Source: an uncultured euryarchaeote
GTDB taxonomy: Archaea > Thermoplasmatota > Poseidoniia > Poseidoniales > Poseidoniaceae
Assembly: GCA_937894115.1 (NCBI GenBank)
Contig: CALBFP010000001.1
Coordinates: 14,245 to 78,244 of the forward strand
Length of the DNA: 64,000 bases
Direction: 5' to 3'
Shown here: in pieces, positions 1-9,445 of the stretch
How positions within the stretch are numbered: position 1 is the first letter of the stretch
Layout of the letters: each line of letters starts with the position of its first letter
Notes under the pieces: generated by a model
What the model saw: only the letters and a program-made list of their open reading frames with translations
Told to the model about the DNA's origin: nothing
Database searches by the model: none
Translations under genes and position numbers: made by a program

Positions 1-147
1 TTTTGGGTGCATCACACCCACATCGAAATCATGCAATGGATGCTGTCTTGGAAGGGTATACACAATGCGAAAAAGAACTCGGCCCGCCTGCTTCAACGCC
101 CGGTGGAGACCCGGTCTCTATGGACGATGTCATTGAGCGATTCGATC

Positions 148-2238
148 TCATTCGGACTCGAGTACGCTATCATGGTTGAAGGACATGGGACGAGCCTCAT
201 TCTGACGCTGCATGATGTAGACAAATGTCAAAACAATCAGGAGAACAACCGACAACTGCAAGACAACACTGGAATAGGTTGCAAGCTCCGTCCCCCTGTT
301 GAGAACCTTGAACGTCGTTTTTCCGTCATCTTGAATCTCGATGTAGGCGATTCCACCCTTAAGCGCTATCGGATTGACTTGATCGATGGTGTCGGATGTT
401 AACTGTTCAGAATAGTTTGTTGCGAGATTGAGTTGATGAATCTCCCAATCCCCATACTTGTCTGCGAAACTTTCCGGGTCGAAATGATCCTTTGCTTCCC
501 AAACGACGTATCCATAACCCAAAGAGATGTTTCCAACTGGATAAATCGTGCTGAATCCAAATCTCTGCTCACCGGAAAAACGGTCGTACAAAACCATCCT
601 ATCGAGTGCCGTCACATTCACTCGAACCGCAATGTTCGACGAATCAAAAGACACCTGAACGATGCTTGCGTTTGCTTCATCGACTTCACCCCAATCAAGT
701 CTTCTGTTTTCTTCCAGCGGCGCAGACGCATTGATTCGGATGTTTTGGAACCCTGTGGCTCCGATTAAACCGAGGCGAAGCGTAGCAGGCTCCTCCTCTG
801 TTACAAACAACACCTCGTTTCCAGAGACGGTCATAATTTCAATGGATTCGTCACCTGGAACACTTGGAACCAGAACCGGTTCGCCGTCAATATCGAGAGC
901 ATGCAAAACATCGTCTGCGATGTAAACCACGACTGGTTTGCCTTGAATCGACGTTACTTGCAGGGATTGAATCCCATCCAGTTCTTCTTCCATCAGAACG
1001 GTTGTTGGATTTTCGACATCGATCAGCCGTAATTGACTCTCATTCGCAAGAGCGAGATATCTCTCGTAAAGAGCATATGGAGAACCAAACTGCATCAATG
1101 GCTGAGCAACCTCGCTCGGCTCGCTCAACGGATTTGAAACGTTATGGATGAGAACGATGGCATTGCCTGACCGATCGTCCATCGTTGCCGACCATCCCTC
1201 TGAGGCCACGGCACCCTGCGCTGACTGAACCCCTTCAGCAGTCAATTCGTTGTGCGTTAAATCCCAAGTGATGACCGCCCCCGTCAGAATCAAAACGACG
1301 ACGATGAGCGTTCCCGTTTCTTTGCTTCTCGGTTTGAGCAATCGAGCAACATAGGTCTTGATTCGATTGAACAAGAAAGCCACGGAATGCCCGGGTCGCG
1401 ACAGTACGGTTGCAAGCCGACTGTTGATGGTTCGCTCATCGAATATACTCCACACTCGATCGTTGGTAAGCTCGGTCAGCCGAACCGTAAACGCTGCGAG
1501 AATCATGCCTCCAATAATGTCAACAAACCAATGAATTCCGAGGTAAATAATCGCAAAGGCCGTCAAGATGATGTAACCCAAAATCATGTTTTGAAAACGC
1601 CGCCAGCGTCGGTCGTGGTCGTACTTTCTGAAGGTTAACCAAATGGCAAACGGAACAGCAATGTGCAGAGAAGGCATACAGTTTGAAAACGCATCAATTC
1701 GGCGGAACCAATCTCTGATCTCAGGATTAAGCGTGTATGCAATCGCATCCATATCCTCAATGTAAAAACCCGTTACTCGGACGTTGAAGAACAAATAGAA
1801 TGGGATGGCTAGGAGATACACCCAAGCGATGCATAGAGCAACTCTGTCAGCCATCCAACGGTCGTCAAAGTACGTCACATAGAAGATGGATGCGTAGGTA
1901 ATGAACATGAATCCTGCAATGTAAAAATGCGTCATCACGACGTCAAGCCATTCGGAGCGGAATGTTGCCTGAAACCAAACGACCAAATCCCCTTCAATCG
2001 CATAAATGTACGGTGTCATGTCGAGCCCAGTTCGAGCCATGAGCATTCGATCGATTTGATCGAGGAAATCTTTGGCGTTGTAAATCGAGAGGGCAATGAG
2101 CAGATGAAGCCAATAACGGCGAATAAAATCAACAAATCCAGTCAGTGTTAGCTTGGCCCATGGCGGTTTGAAATACGGCATCAGGAACACACCAACGGCC
2201 AATGCCGAGATGAGCCAAGTGAGATAGACGCCATCCAT
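148..2238 (-). CDS. Polytopic membrane protein with PAP2/sphingomyelin-synthase-like catalytic motifs, fused to a large extracellular domain and a C-terminal TM anchor
   Basis: 696-aa ORF. The N-terminal ~270 aa are multi-TM with motifs C-M-P-S-L-H and I-H-W-F-V-D-I-I-G-G, a PAP2-superfamily C2/C3-like H...H..D pattern. The N-terminal ~270 aa are clearly paralogous to the ORF at 26463-27509. The C-terminal ~430 aa are hydrophilic and acidic, ending in a hydrophobic helix followed by a basic tail. Confidence 0.55.
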   Translation of the reverse strand: MDGVYLTWLISALAVGVFLMPYFKPPWAKLTLTGFVDFIRRYWLHLLIALSIYNAKDFLDQIDRMLMARTGLDMTPYIYAIEGDLVVWFQATFRSEWLDVVMTHFYIAGFMFITYASIFYVTYFDDRWMADRVALCIAWVYLLAIPFYLFFNVRVTGFYIEDMDAIAYTLNPEIRDWFRRIDAFSNCMPSLHIAVPFAIWLTFRKYDHDRRWRRFQNMILGYIILTAFAIIYLGIHWFVDIIGGMILAAFTVRLTELTNDRVWSIFDERTINSRLATVLSRPGHSVAFLFNRIKTYVARLLKPRSKETGTLIVVVLILTGAVITWDLTHNELTAEGVQSAQGAVASEGWSATMDDRSGNAIVLIHNVSNPLSEPSEVAQPLMQFGSPYALYERYLALANESQLRLIDVENPTTVLMEEELDGIQSLQVTSIQGKPVVVYIADDVLHALDIDGEPVLVPSVPGDESIEIMTVSGNEVLFVTEEEPATLRLGLIGATGFQNIRINASAPLEENRRLDWGEVDEANASIVQVSFDSSNIAVRVNVTALDRMVLYDRFSGEQRFGFSTIYPVGNISLGYGYVVWEAKDHFDPESFADKYGDWEIHQLNLATNYSEQLTSDTIDQVNPIALKGGIAYIEIQDDGKTTFKVLNRGTELATYSSVVLQLSVVLLIVLTFVYIMQRQNEARPMSFNHDSVLESE

Positions 2239-2314
2239 CTTGATGCCTCCTTGGTGTAGGGTGAGAGCACTTGCTCAAGAAACCCGCACCTACTTTTTAT
2301 CGGGAAACCTTCAA

Positions 2315-2674
2315 TCACCATGCGCCATGAACGTAGGGTCGTCCACGGTCAGGGTCTCTTTTTTGAGCCAAATCCCAGATATGCTCAAAGCGATAGATGC
2401 CGCTAGAGCAACCTGTTGTCCATTCAAATGCGAGTGCGTAATTTCCTATGGTTCGAACCGAGGGCTTCTCGCTTTTGAGAGATTCAACTGTGCGACGCAA
2501 CTGCATGCTGCTCTCGTCTTCATTGCGGAGAGGAGAACACTTCGCACACGGACAAGAATGGCGCAAATCATCGTAGGTAACGGTGTACGTAGTTCCATCA
2601 TGATAGGTTAATTCCATCGCGGTATCGAGGCGTTCGAGACGACGCAATTCGGGAATTTCCTCGCTCATGACCAA
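2315..2674 (-). CDS. DUF971-like small protein (HCF101 C-terminal-domain-like)
   Basis: 119 aa with a C-P-C-A-K-C cysteine cluster and a conserved Trp/His-rich C-terminus. Sits immediately downstream of the Mrp/NBP35 ATPase with a 4-nt gap. Confidence 0.55.
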   Translation of the reverse strand: MVMSEEIPELRRLERLDTAMELTYHDGTTYTVTYDDLRHSCPCAKCSPLRNEDESSMQLRRTVESLKSEKPSVRTIGNYALAFEWTTGCSSGIYRFEHIWDLAQKRDPDRGRPYVHGAW

Positions 2675-2677
2675 ACC

Positions 2678-3694
2678 TCAGATGATTTCCAAACCCGAGG
2701 ATGTTGCGCCATCCAACTGTGACTGTATCGATGCAACAACGTGAGAGAAAGCAGAGGCTGATGCTCCGTCAGGCTCGCTTACGATTCGGTGTACACCGTC
2801 GTCTCCACCGCGTACAAAACCGGGGTCAAACGGCAATGCACCCAAGAACGGTACACCAAATTCTTCTGCGGTTGAACGTCCACCGCCTTCTTTGAAAATG
2901 TCAAGTGTTACGCTGAATCGCCCTTCATCATCGCAGGTCGCCCGAAGCGTACGGCCCGCAGGTGCTGCAATTTCAACCTCAGACCCTGGGGTTCCCTTTC
3001 CTTGAATCGTATAACCGCTCATGTTCTCAACGACGCCCAGAACTGGAACTTTGAGAGAAGAAGCGAACGTGATGGATTTACGACTGTCAAGTAGGGCCAC
3101 ATCTTGCGGAGTTGTTACGATAACCATCCCATCAATATCGGGCAGCGACTGAGCAACCGTTAACGGTTCGTCGGAGGTTCCTGGGGGAAAATCGATGATC
3201 AAGTAATCAAGCGAACCCCATTCAACATCGCCGATGAACTGTTGGATGGCACCAAGCTTGATGGGACCACGCCAAACAACAGGAGTGTCCTCGTCCTCAA
3301 GAAGGAAGGCCATGGAAATGACCTTGACACCAAGATGACCTTGTGCAGGATGGATTCGTCCGGACTCAACGTGCAACTTTCGCCCTTCGAGTCCCATCAT
3401 CTTCGGAACGTTGGGTCCAGTAATGTCAATATCGAGTACACCAACTTTGTGACCTTGCTGAGCCAAAGCAAGGGCAAGACCTGTCGAAACGGTTGATTTA
3501 CCAACACCACCTTTACCGGAAAGGACCATGATTTTGTGCTTGATCTTTTTTCCAATCTCCGCCATCGCCATTTTCCGTTTCATTTGAGCATAAGCCTGCT
3601 CCATTTGTTTCTGTGCTGAAGCATCAGGTGCTGCCGGAGCCGCAATGTTTCCATCATTTCCATTGTTGTGCATCGAAACAGGGGAATCGGACAT
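2678..3694 (-). CDS. Mrp/NBP35 (ApbC) family P-loop ATPase, Fe-S cluster carrier
   Basis: Deviant Walker A motif G-K-G-G-V-G-K-S-T, the family-typical L-D-I-D-I-T-G-P-N-V-P motif and a conserved C-terminus. The ORF track extends to 3760; the start is placed at the internal Met of M-S-D-S-P. Confidence 0.85.
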   Translation of the reverse strand: MSDSPVSMHNNGNDGNIAAPAAPDASAQKQMEQAYAQMKRKMAMAEIGKKIKHKIMVLSGKGGVGKSTVSTGLALALAQQGHKVGVLDIDITGPNVPKMMGLEGRKLHVESGRIHPAQGHLGVKVISMAFLLEDEDTPVVWRGPIKLGAIQQFIGDVEWGSLDYLIIDFPPGTSDEPLTVAQSLPDIDGMVIVTTPQDVALLDSRKSITFASSLKVPVLGVVENMSGYTIQGKGTPGSEVEIAAPAGRTLRATCDDEGRFSVTLDIFKEGGGRSTAEEFGVPFLGALPFDPGFVRGGDDGVHRIVSEPDGASASAFSHVVASIQSQLDGATSSGLEII

Positions 3695-3728
3695 ACACTG
3701 TCCACGTGTTCTGCCTACTTCAATGCGT

Positions 3729-4067
3729 TTATTTTGATCGTACAAAAAACAACCAGGCACCGTGTGTCAGAGTTGTTAGCGCTGTTGCGACCAAAATCAA
3801 TTCCAGTCGGAACGCCATTCCAGCATAGGCGTAGGCAATTCCAGCGGAAAGCGGAAGACTGAGGATGTATCCAAGACGGTACTGTCCAGAAAAAGGATGG
3901 TTCACTCGACCATTGATAAACACAAGAACATGCCCGCAAAAAAAGGTCATTGCTACCAACATTGCAGCGACGATTTGAAACATCACATCCAAATCGTTGG
4001 CTGCAAAAGCGATGTGAAGTCCAAAGAGCACAAAAAACGCGCTCGAATAGATGAACAACGCCTTCAT
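3729..4067 (-). CDS. Small hypothetical membrane protein, about 3 TM
   Basis: Hydrophobic segments A-L-F-I-Y-S-S-A-F-F-V-L-F-G and I-V-A-A-M-L-V-A-M-T-F-F. No recognisable motif. Confidence 0.4.
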   Translation of the reverse strand: MKALFIYSSAFFVLFGLHIAFAANDLDVMFQIVAAMLVAMTFFCGHVLVFINGRVNHPFSGQYRLGYILSLPLSAGIAYAYAGMAFRLELILVATALTTLTHGAWLFFVRSK

Positions 4068-4131
4068 CTGATTTCCACCCTGTATGTTGCATTGAGTCAA
4101 CGTTGATAAGATGCATCACAGTCGTTGAAGC

Positions 4132-4488
4132 ATGCGATTGTTGTTCGTTTGTGTTGGCAACTCATGTCGTTCACAAATGGCTGAAGCCATGGCTCGTCAT
4201 CTTGGTCATGAGGCTCAAAGTGCTGGAACACATCCAGCGGCGAAGGTATCCGAACATGCATTGACGGTGCTTGAATCGAAAGGAATCGAAACACAACATC
4301 TGGAACCGAAATCGATTGATGGCTTCAGGGCGGATGACTTTGATATGGTCATTTCCATGGGCTGTGGAGTTTCTTGCCCATCGATACGAATCGATGAAGA
4401 TTGGGAGTTGGACGACCCGGTTGGACAATCGCTTTCTGTTTTTCAAGCAACTGCTCAAGAGATTGAACGACGTTTGATGTTGCTGTAG
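4132..4488 (+). CDS. Low-molecular-weight protein tyrosine phosphatase / ArsC-type arsenate reductase family
   Basis: N-terminal C-V-G-N-S-C-R-S CX5R P-loop signature, plus additional Cys residues near residues 77 and 81. Confidence 0.7.
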   Translation: MRLLFVCVGNSCRSQMAEAMARHLGHEAQSAGTHPAAKVSEHALTVLESKGIETQHLEPKSIDGFRADDFDMVISMGCGVSCPSIRIDEDWELDDPVGQSLSVFQATAQEIERRLMLL

Positions 4489-4806
4489 TCACTCTTCTTC
4501 GGTCATGTCCCCTTCACCAAGAAGATCGATGCATATACTGCTCACAGTTTTTGTGCGACCATCGTCATCTTGCAGTTCAACTGAATCGGTTTCAATGTTT
4601 ACAATACGCACAGATTCTGGAAGCATGGAAGCGATGATTCCATGTCGTCTTCGACATATTTCGGCCACATCGACAGCTCGGCCAATGGCTTGTCCTCTCG
4701 CCTGCAATCGAATCAGACGATCGCCGTCTTTCATGGCCACCAGCACGGCTTTGATGTATGAGAATGAAGGTTTTTTTCCAACGTAAATGATTCGCGGTTC
4801 AGGCAT
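4489..4806 (-). CDS. albA: Alba DNA/RNA-binding chromatin protein
   Basis: 105 aa. I-I-Y-V-G-K-K-P...Y-I-K-A-V-L...L-Q-A-R-G-Q-A-I-G-R-A-V-D-V-A-E-I matches the Alba core. Acidic C-terminal tail. Confidence 0.8.
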   Translation of the reverse strand: MPEPRIIYVGKKPSFSYIKAVLVAMKDGDRLIRLQARGQAIGRAVDVAEICRRRHGIIASMLPESVRIVNIETDSVELQDDDGRTKTVSSICIDLLGEGDMTEEE

Positions 4807-4853
4807 ATGATGCCATTCGACCCTCAGTATGTAAAGTCTGTTTCAGTGAGGTT

Positions 4854-4928
4854 TGGTGCGAGCGCCGGGACTCGAACCCGGGTTCAGGCGTTGGCAACGC
4901 CCGGTGATAACCACTACACTACGCTCGC
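4854..4928 (-). tRNA. tRNA-Gly (anticodon GCC), 3' CCA encoded
   Basis: Minus-strand sequence GCGAGCG-TA-GTGT-AGTGGTTA-TCAC-C-GGGCG-TTGCCAA-CGCCT-GAAC-CCGGG-TTCGAGT-CCCGG-CGCTCGC-A-CCA folds as a cloverleaf. Acceptor stem is 7 bp, T-loop is TTCGAGT, anticodon loop is TTGCCAA. Confidence 0.85.
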
Positions 4929-4985
4929 AGGCGGCAAACAATCCACCAAGCAGGGGTATAAACGATTGTCGGCGCAATTGGATGC

Positions 4986-7900
4986 TCATTGAAAACCAAA
5001 ACGGTCCTGTCCTTGATTTGGGGGTTGATTGTAACGGAAGTATACGACCAAGCCAGCGATGAGAGCAGCAATTCCAACAACAATCGCAATCAAAGTTATG
5101 GGTAATCCTCCATCGTTGCTTCCAAGATTGGATGAGTCGGCCTCATCAACGAAAACAACAAACGACGTGGGAGATGTTGCATCACCGAACGAATCCGACG
5201 CCTGTACAATAATTTCATGTCCGCTGATCGGTGTTGATTTCCGCACCGATGCAGTTGCCGTGTAAACCCCGTCACCTGCCACCTTGTCCAGTCCTTGGCC
5301 ATTGTCGTACAACGTCACCCAACGCTGGTTTTGTCCAACCGGTTTGAGGACACCCAAATCGGCACGTACCAACAGAATTCCATCTGCATCCTCTACGCGC
5401 AGTTCAATCGCCTGTTCGCTGCTTGAGGTGCCTCGCTCAAGCGCTTCATTTGTTGCGAGGGTGATCGTTGGAGGTGTGTTTTCTACAGTCACCGCCAAAT
5501 CAACATCGGTTGAACTCGGTTGGAAATGGTGCTCAGATGCTTGTGTCTTCGTCACCAAAATGCTCGCTCCCAAGTCGTCGGTCAATCGGACCTTGAGGAG
5601 CCGAAGACCTGGCGTCATGCCCTCTGGAATGACAACATCACAGGTCCACAAATCGAGTTTTGTACAATCGGTTTCTTGACCACCGTATTCTCGGAGATCT
5701 ACAACAACCGAATCGACACCATGGAAATCAAGAACTTCAAGCGACATCAACACAGCTCCACCGCGAACCACCCGTTCAGGGGCGATGGAGGCACTCAGAA
5801 TTCGTGGTGCCTGATTTTCCACAGTCATTGTTGTGGTCAGCACATCTGCTTCACCCCACTCGTCTGTTGCTTCAACACTGATGGCAACCTCGCCTACTTC
5901 CAATCCTTGTACGGCAACGAGGGTGGTCCACTCGTTGTCGCCGATAACTTGGTCACCATTCAGACCCCGATCGCTCATTGAAACAACACCAAGGCCGATG
6001 GATGAAAGATCGACCAGAACGCTCACAACGTTGTAATCCGAATCGTCAATTTTGGCAACAAGATGAGCAGGAGATGCTCCCTCTCCGAATACCAAGCCTT
6101 CCAGCAACGACAACTCAAGAATTTGTGGTGCAGTATTGTCATCAACTGAGACAACACTCGGGGAGAGAATGGCATCAACCGCTTGAGATTCGTTGAGTAT
6201 AGCAACTTCACCGTTTTCGCCGAATTCAATCTCAAAGGATCGTGTGGTGCTGGCCAAAAGACCGGTCAAAGGACCCTTGTGAACGATGGAACCTTGTGCG
6301 CTTCCAGAAACTCCGTCACTGTATTCACCACTCCACTGAATGACGCTGAGGTTCTTTGCATCGCGCGGTTCAATCGTTTCTTGTCCAGCGGTTACCGTAA
6401 GAACAATGCCGTCTTGTGCGAGCAAACGGATGACATCCCCTGTTTCCATGGGCACAGGTGCCAATCCTGCCTCTCGACCAACGGAGATGTTGCCCAAGGC
6501 CTCCTCAACTTCAGGCGGCGCCGGCTCACGCTCGATTGGACTTCGCTCCGGTCGTTCATCGCCGCTTGATGGATCGGGTCCAGTCTCGGTCCACACAAGC
6601 CGAACCGTTCGATTGCTCCAGTCGGCATTCGTTGCTTGATAGATGTAGGAATCGTTGTAATAAGAACCAACTCCACTGCCGCCGAAGAAGTTGCTACCGC
6701 CAACACCCGTAACATTGAACCAAGTCTCGCTATGGATGACATTGACATCGTGTTCAACAAGCGTGTGATTGAGTTGTTTTCCTGTCTGTTCGATGGTTTG
6801 AACCATACCAAACGTTCCTTGCACGTCTCCAGAAAGAGTGCCATCGACGTGGACATCATCCACCAAAGTAATTCCATCCTCCACTTGATTGTGGAATGTA
6901 TATACTGTGCCGTTGACAACCATTGAGGAGTTGTCTTCTTCATCTTCGAAGCCGAAGGTCCCGTCACCTCGTACCAGATAGCGCTGGTCGATTCGAACAC
7001 CATCTTCCCATCGCTCAAGGGTTTCGAACTGGTCCAATTCAAGATTGAATTCCGACCCTTCCTCGGCAAACATCATGTTGGCGGTGGCTTCGATCTGAAC
7101 GTGTTCGAGAACTCGGACACCATCGATGTCGCTTGTCTCCAAGAGGAGCAAACTGATGTCCCCGTCAACATCGAAAAGTGATCCGTCTTCCTCTCCATCG
7201 ACCATGAGGGCTCCAAAGGCTTCCATTCGAAGGCGCTCAGTAACAACGTCGTCGATATCTGAACGGTTGAGTAAAGCATCGACAACGGTTGCGTTAATCG
7301 TGGTTGTAACCCCGTCATCCACGAGTTGAAGTAGGATGTCTCCGCTCCCTTTTGCTTGAATTACCTGAGAGGTTAAAATCCCTGATGTCACGGTTTCGTT
7401 CTTCCAAAACGATTCGAGCTCAAGTGACAGTTCTGTTGTTGAATCGTTGGTTCGTTCAGACGTGTACAACGTTCCGCTTCCCAGTTCATATGCACTCAAC
7501 ACTTCACCAATTCGTTGCTGCCATCCATTGCCTTCAAACAACAACATGAACGACTGATTGCCGTCGGTTGTTTCGTAATTTTGATCAAGAGACCATGCCG
7601 TCGTTGTCGTCACTTCATGATCAGCCATCGGTTGATTCCACGAACCAACGGTGAAGGTTCGCTCAACGCTGACTGGGGTCGAAAGTGGAACGTTGTCGTG
7701 ACCGTTGATGACGACGCCAATGGAAACCGAATCGCCCCATGCAATCTCTGAATCAAGAACAACACGGGCTGTTAACGTCGATGTATCCTCAAGAAACGTC
7801 GTCTGGATTGAAGGAGCAAGGTCGACTGCATCACGTACGTGTTGCACCGTCAAATCGTAATCGTGTGCATATGAATCGCCAAAAGTGAGAATGTAGGCGT

Positions 7901-8036
7901 GTTCGTTACTCAGAGCCGAAGAGCCGCTCCAATCGGTGGTAATCGAAACCGTCGGAGCATCCTGTGCCGAAGCAATGGACGACATTGGCGTGAGCAAAAG
8001 CAACATCACGAGGACAACGCTACGATACCATCCCAT
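4986..8036 (-). CDS. Large secreted surface protein (adhesin or S-layer-like), N-terminal signal peptide, C-terminal TM anchor
   Basis: About 1016 aa. Signal-like M-G-W-Y-R-S-V-V-L-V-M-L-L-L-L-T-P-M-S-S-I-A-S-A. Acidic, Thr/Ser/Val-rich body. C-terminus P-I-T-L-I-A-I-V-V-G-I-A-A-L-I-A-G-L-V-V-Y-F-R-Y-N-Q. Confidence 0.6.
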   Translation of the reverse strand: MGWYRSVVLVMLLLLTPMSSIASAQDAPTVSITTDWSGSSALSNEHAYILTFGDSYAHDYDLTVQHVRDAVDLAPSIQTTFLEDTSTLTARVVLDSEIAWGDSVSIGVVINGHDNVPLSTPVSVERTFTVGSWNQPMADHEVTTTTAWSLDQNYETTDGNQSFMLLFEGNGWQQRIGEVLSAYELGSGTLYTSERTNDSTTELSLELESFWKNETVTSGILTSQVIQAKGSGDILLQLVDDGVTTTINATVVDALLNRSDIDDVVTERLRMEAFGALMVDGEEDGSLFDVDGDISLLLLETSDIDGVRVLEHVQIEATANMMFAEEGSEFNLELDQFETLERWEDGVRIDQRYLVRGDGTFGFEDEEDNSSMVVNGTVYTFHNQVEDGITLVDDVHVDGTLSGDVQGTFGMVQTIEQTGKQLNHTLVEHDVNVIHSETWFNVTGVGGSNFFGGSGVGSYYNDSYIYQATNADWSNRTVRLVWTETGPDPSSGDERPERSPIEREPAPPEVEEALGNISVGREAGLAPVPMETGDVIRLLAQDGIVLTVTAGQETIEPRDAKNLSVIQWSGEYSDGVSGSAQGSIVHKGPLTGLLASTTRSFEIEFGENGEVAILNESQAVDAILSPSVVSVDDNTAPQILELSLLEGLVFGEGASPAHLVAKIDDSDYNVVSVLVDLSSIGLGVVSMSDRGLNGDQVIGDNEWTTLVAVQGLEVGEVAISVEATDEWGEADVLTTTMTVENQAPRILSASIAPERVVRGGAVLMSLEVLDFHGVDSVVVDLREYGGQETDCTKLDLWTCDVVIPEGMTPGLRLLKVRLTDDLGASILVTKTQASEHHFQPSSTDVDLAVTVENTPPTITLATNEALERGTSSSEQAIELRVEDADGILLVRADLGVLKPVGQNQRWVTLYDNGQGLDKVAGDGVYTATASVRKSTPISGHEIIVQASDSFGDATSPTSFVVFVDEADSSNLGSNDGGLPITLIAIVVGIAALIAGLVVYFRYNQPPNQGQDRFGFQ

Positions 8037-8090
8037 ACGCAACGCTTGATGCTGCTCCTCTCTAAGGGTGTTGGCGTGTTGTTTCAACAA

Positions 8091-9047
8091 TCAGAGGTTC
8101 AGAATGTAGGCAAACAGTAGAGGAGCGACGATGGTTGCATCGCTTTCAACAATGAACATCGGCGTCCCTGAATCGATTTTCCCCCATGTAATTTTCTCAC
8201 TGGGTGGCGCACCTGAATAACCTCCATACGATGGACTCGATTCTGAAATCTGTCCAAACCACGACCACAGCGGTACGTTTTGTTCCAAATCTTGGTTCAA
8301 CATCGGCACAACACAGATTGGAAAATCACCCGCAATACCGCCCCCGATTTGCAAAAAGGCCAATGGAACGGTTTGATTCTGATACCACGATGCGAGATGT
8401 CTCATGTACTCAATTCCTGACAACACGCAATCGGATTCAATCTCGCCTTCGATTGTTCGTGCAGCGAAGATGTTGCCCATGGTTGAATCCTCCCATCCAG
8501 GAACAAATACAGGAAGATTGGACTGAGCGGCCGCCAATACCCAAGACGTTTCAGTGTCACCTTGTACGGAGTTCAAAAACGATTCATCCCGTACTGTTTT
8601 GAAAAAATAAGCATGCGGGAGTTGTCGCGTCCCGTTCTGTGAAGCACTTTTCCAAGCCTCGACAAGACGTGTTTCCAAGGATCGAATTGCTGCTTCTTCA
8701 GGTATGCAAACATCGGTAACTCGATTCATCTTGTTCTCAAAAAGTCGCTCTTCATCTTCAAGCGACAAGTTTCTCCAATCGAAAACAGAGGTGTAGGACG
8801 GAGACGCCATCATGCGGAAGACATCTTCCTCGAGATTTGCTCCCGTGCAGCTTATTCCTGCGATGTGCCCTTTTCGTATCATCGGAGCAAGCAGCGTTCC
8901 AATTCCAGCGGTACTCATAGCTCCCGCAAGCGTAACGAAGAGTTTTCCTCCGGATTGCAAATGCTTCAGAAGCGAAGAAGACATTCGCGTCAGTTCACCT
9001 GCATTGAAATGAAGGAAGGTTGAGTCCATCATCGAACGAATGCTCAT
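8091..9047 (-). CDS. dys: Deoxyhypusine synthase
   Basis: T-G-A-N-L-E-E-D, G-G-G-I-A-G-D-F and a C-terminal E-K-I-T-W-G-K-I...D-A-T-I-V-A-P-L-L that matches the DHS C-terminal signature. Its start overlaps the stop of the upstream gene by 4 nt. Confidence 0.8.
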   Translation of the reverse strand: MSIRSMMDSTFLHFNAGELTRMSSSLLKHLQSGGKLFVTLAGAMSTAGIGTLLAPMIRKGHIAGISCTGANLEEDVFRMMASPSYTSVFDWRNLSLEDEERLFENKMNRVTDVCIPEEAAIRSLETRLVEAWKSASQNGTRQLPHAYFFKTVRDESFLNSVQGDTETSWVLAAAQSNLPVFVPGWEDSTMGNIFAARTIEGEIESDCVLSGIEYMRHLASWYQNQTVPLAFLQIGGGIAGDFPICVVPMLNQDLEQNVPLWSWFGQISESSPSYGGYSGAPPSEKITWGKIDSGTPMFIVESDATIVAPLLFAYILNL

Positions 9048-9442
9048 GGTGTACCCCCTGAAACAAAACGATCGACGCACTGTTCTTGCCTACAACACAA
9101 CGTAGGACTGATTTCGGTAAGGGCTGCCTTGAGTTGTGAGACTATCGAATCGGGATCGGTTTCACCGCACGTGAACGCATCAATCGCAAGCAAACCACGT
9201 TCGGAATAGCAATGGGCGCTCACATGGCTCTCATCAATGAGAACAACCGCAGCAAAACCGAGTGGAGAAACACTGCCGTCAAATGTTTCAACGTGAGCAT
9301 GCACCTCTCGAGCACCGCTGTTTTCAACAGCGTTTTTCATCAATTGAAGCATCTCACCGCCTGAAAATGTTGGTGGAGGAAAGAAACCTGTGTAATCCAA
9401 GAAAATGTGTTTTCCAAGTGCTCCATCATGCGCCATGTTCAT
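9044..9442 (-). CDS. speH: Pyruvoyl-dependent S-adenosylmethionine decarboxylase proenzyme family (SpeH-like, or possibly its arginine-decarboxylase paralogue)
   Basis: 132 aa. H-I-F-L-D-Y-T-G...V-V-L-I-D-E-S-H-V-S-A-H-C-Y-S-E...A-I-D-A-F-T-C-G. The E-S-H motif is the self-cleavage site of the class 1b AdoMetDC fold. Confidence 0.75.
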   Translation of the reverse strand: MNMAHDGALGKHIFLDYTGFFPPPTFSGGEMLQLMKNAVENSGAREVHAHVETFDGSVSPLGFAAVVLIDESHVSAHCYSERGLLAIDAFTCGETDPDSIVSQLKAALTEISPTLCCRQEQCVDRFVSGGTP

Positions 9443-9445
9443 CCC

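Noticed and set aside
7-402. 131-aa plus-strand ORF at the window edge
   Set aside because: It overlaps the 3' end of the 696-aa PAP2-fusion gene on the opposite strand and has no motif. Likely spurious.
4853-5062. 69-aa ORF (plus strand) beginning M-V-R-A-P-G-L-E-P-G-F
   Set aside because: It is the translation of the tRNA-Gly gene on the opposite strand plus flanking sequence. The L-E-P-G-F reading is the classic artefact of a T-arm.
6392-7069. 225-aa ORF in an alternative frame of the minus strand
   Set aside because: It is embedded in the 1016-aa surface protein gene, which is read continuously in another frame. Alternative-frame artefact.
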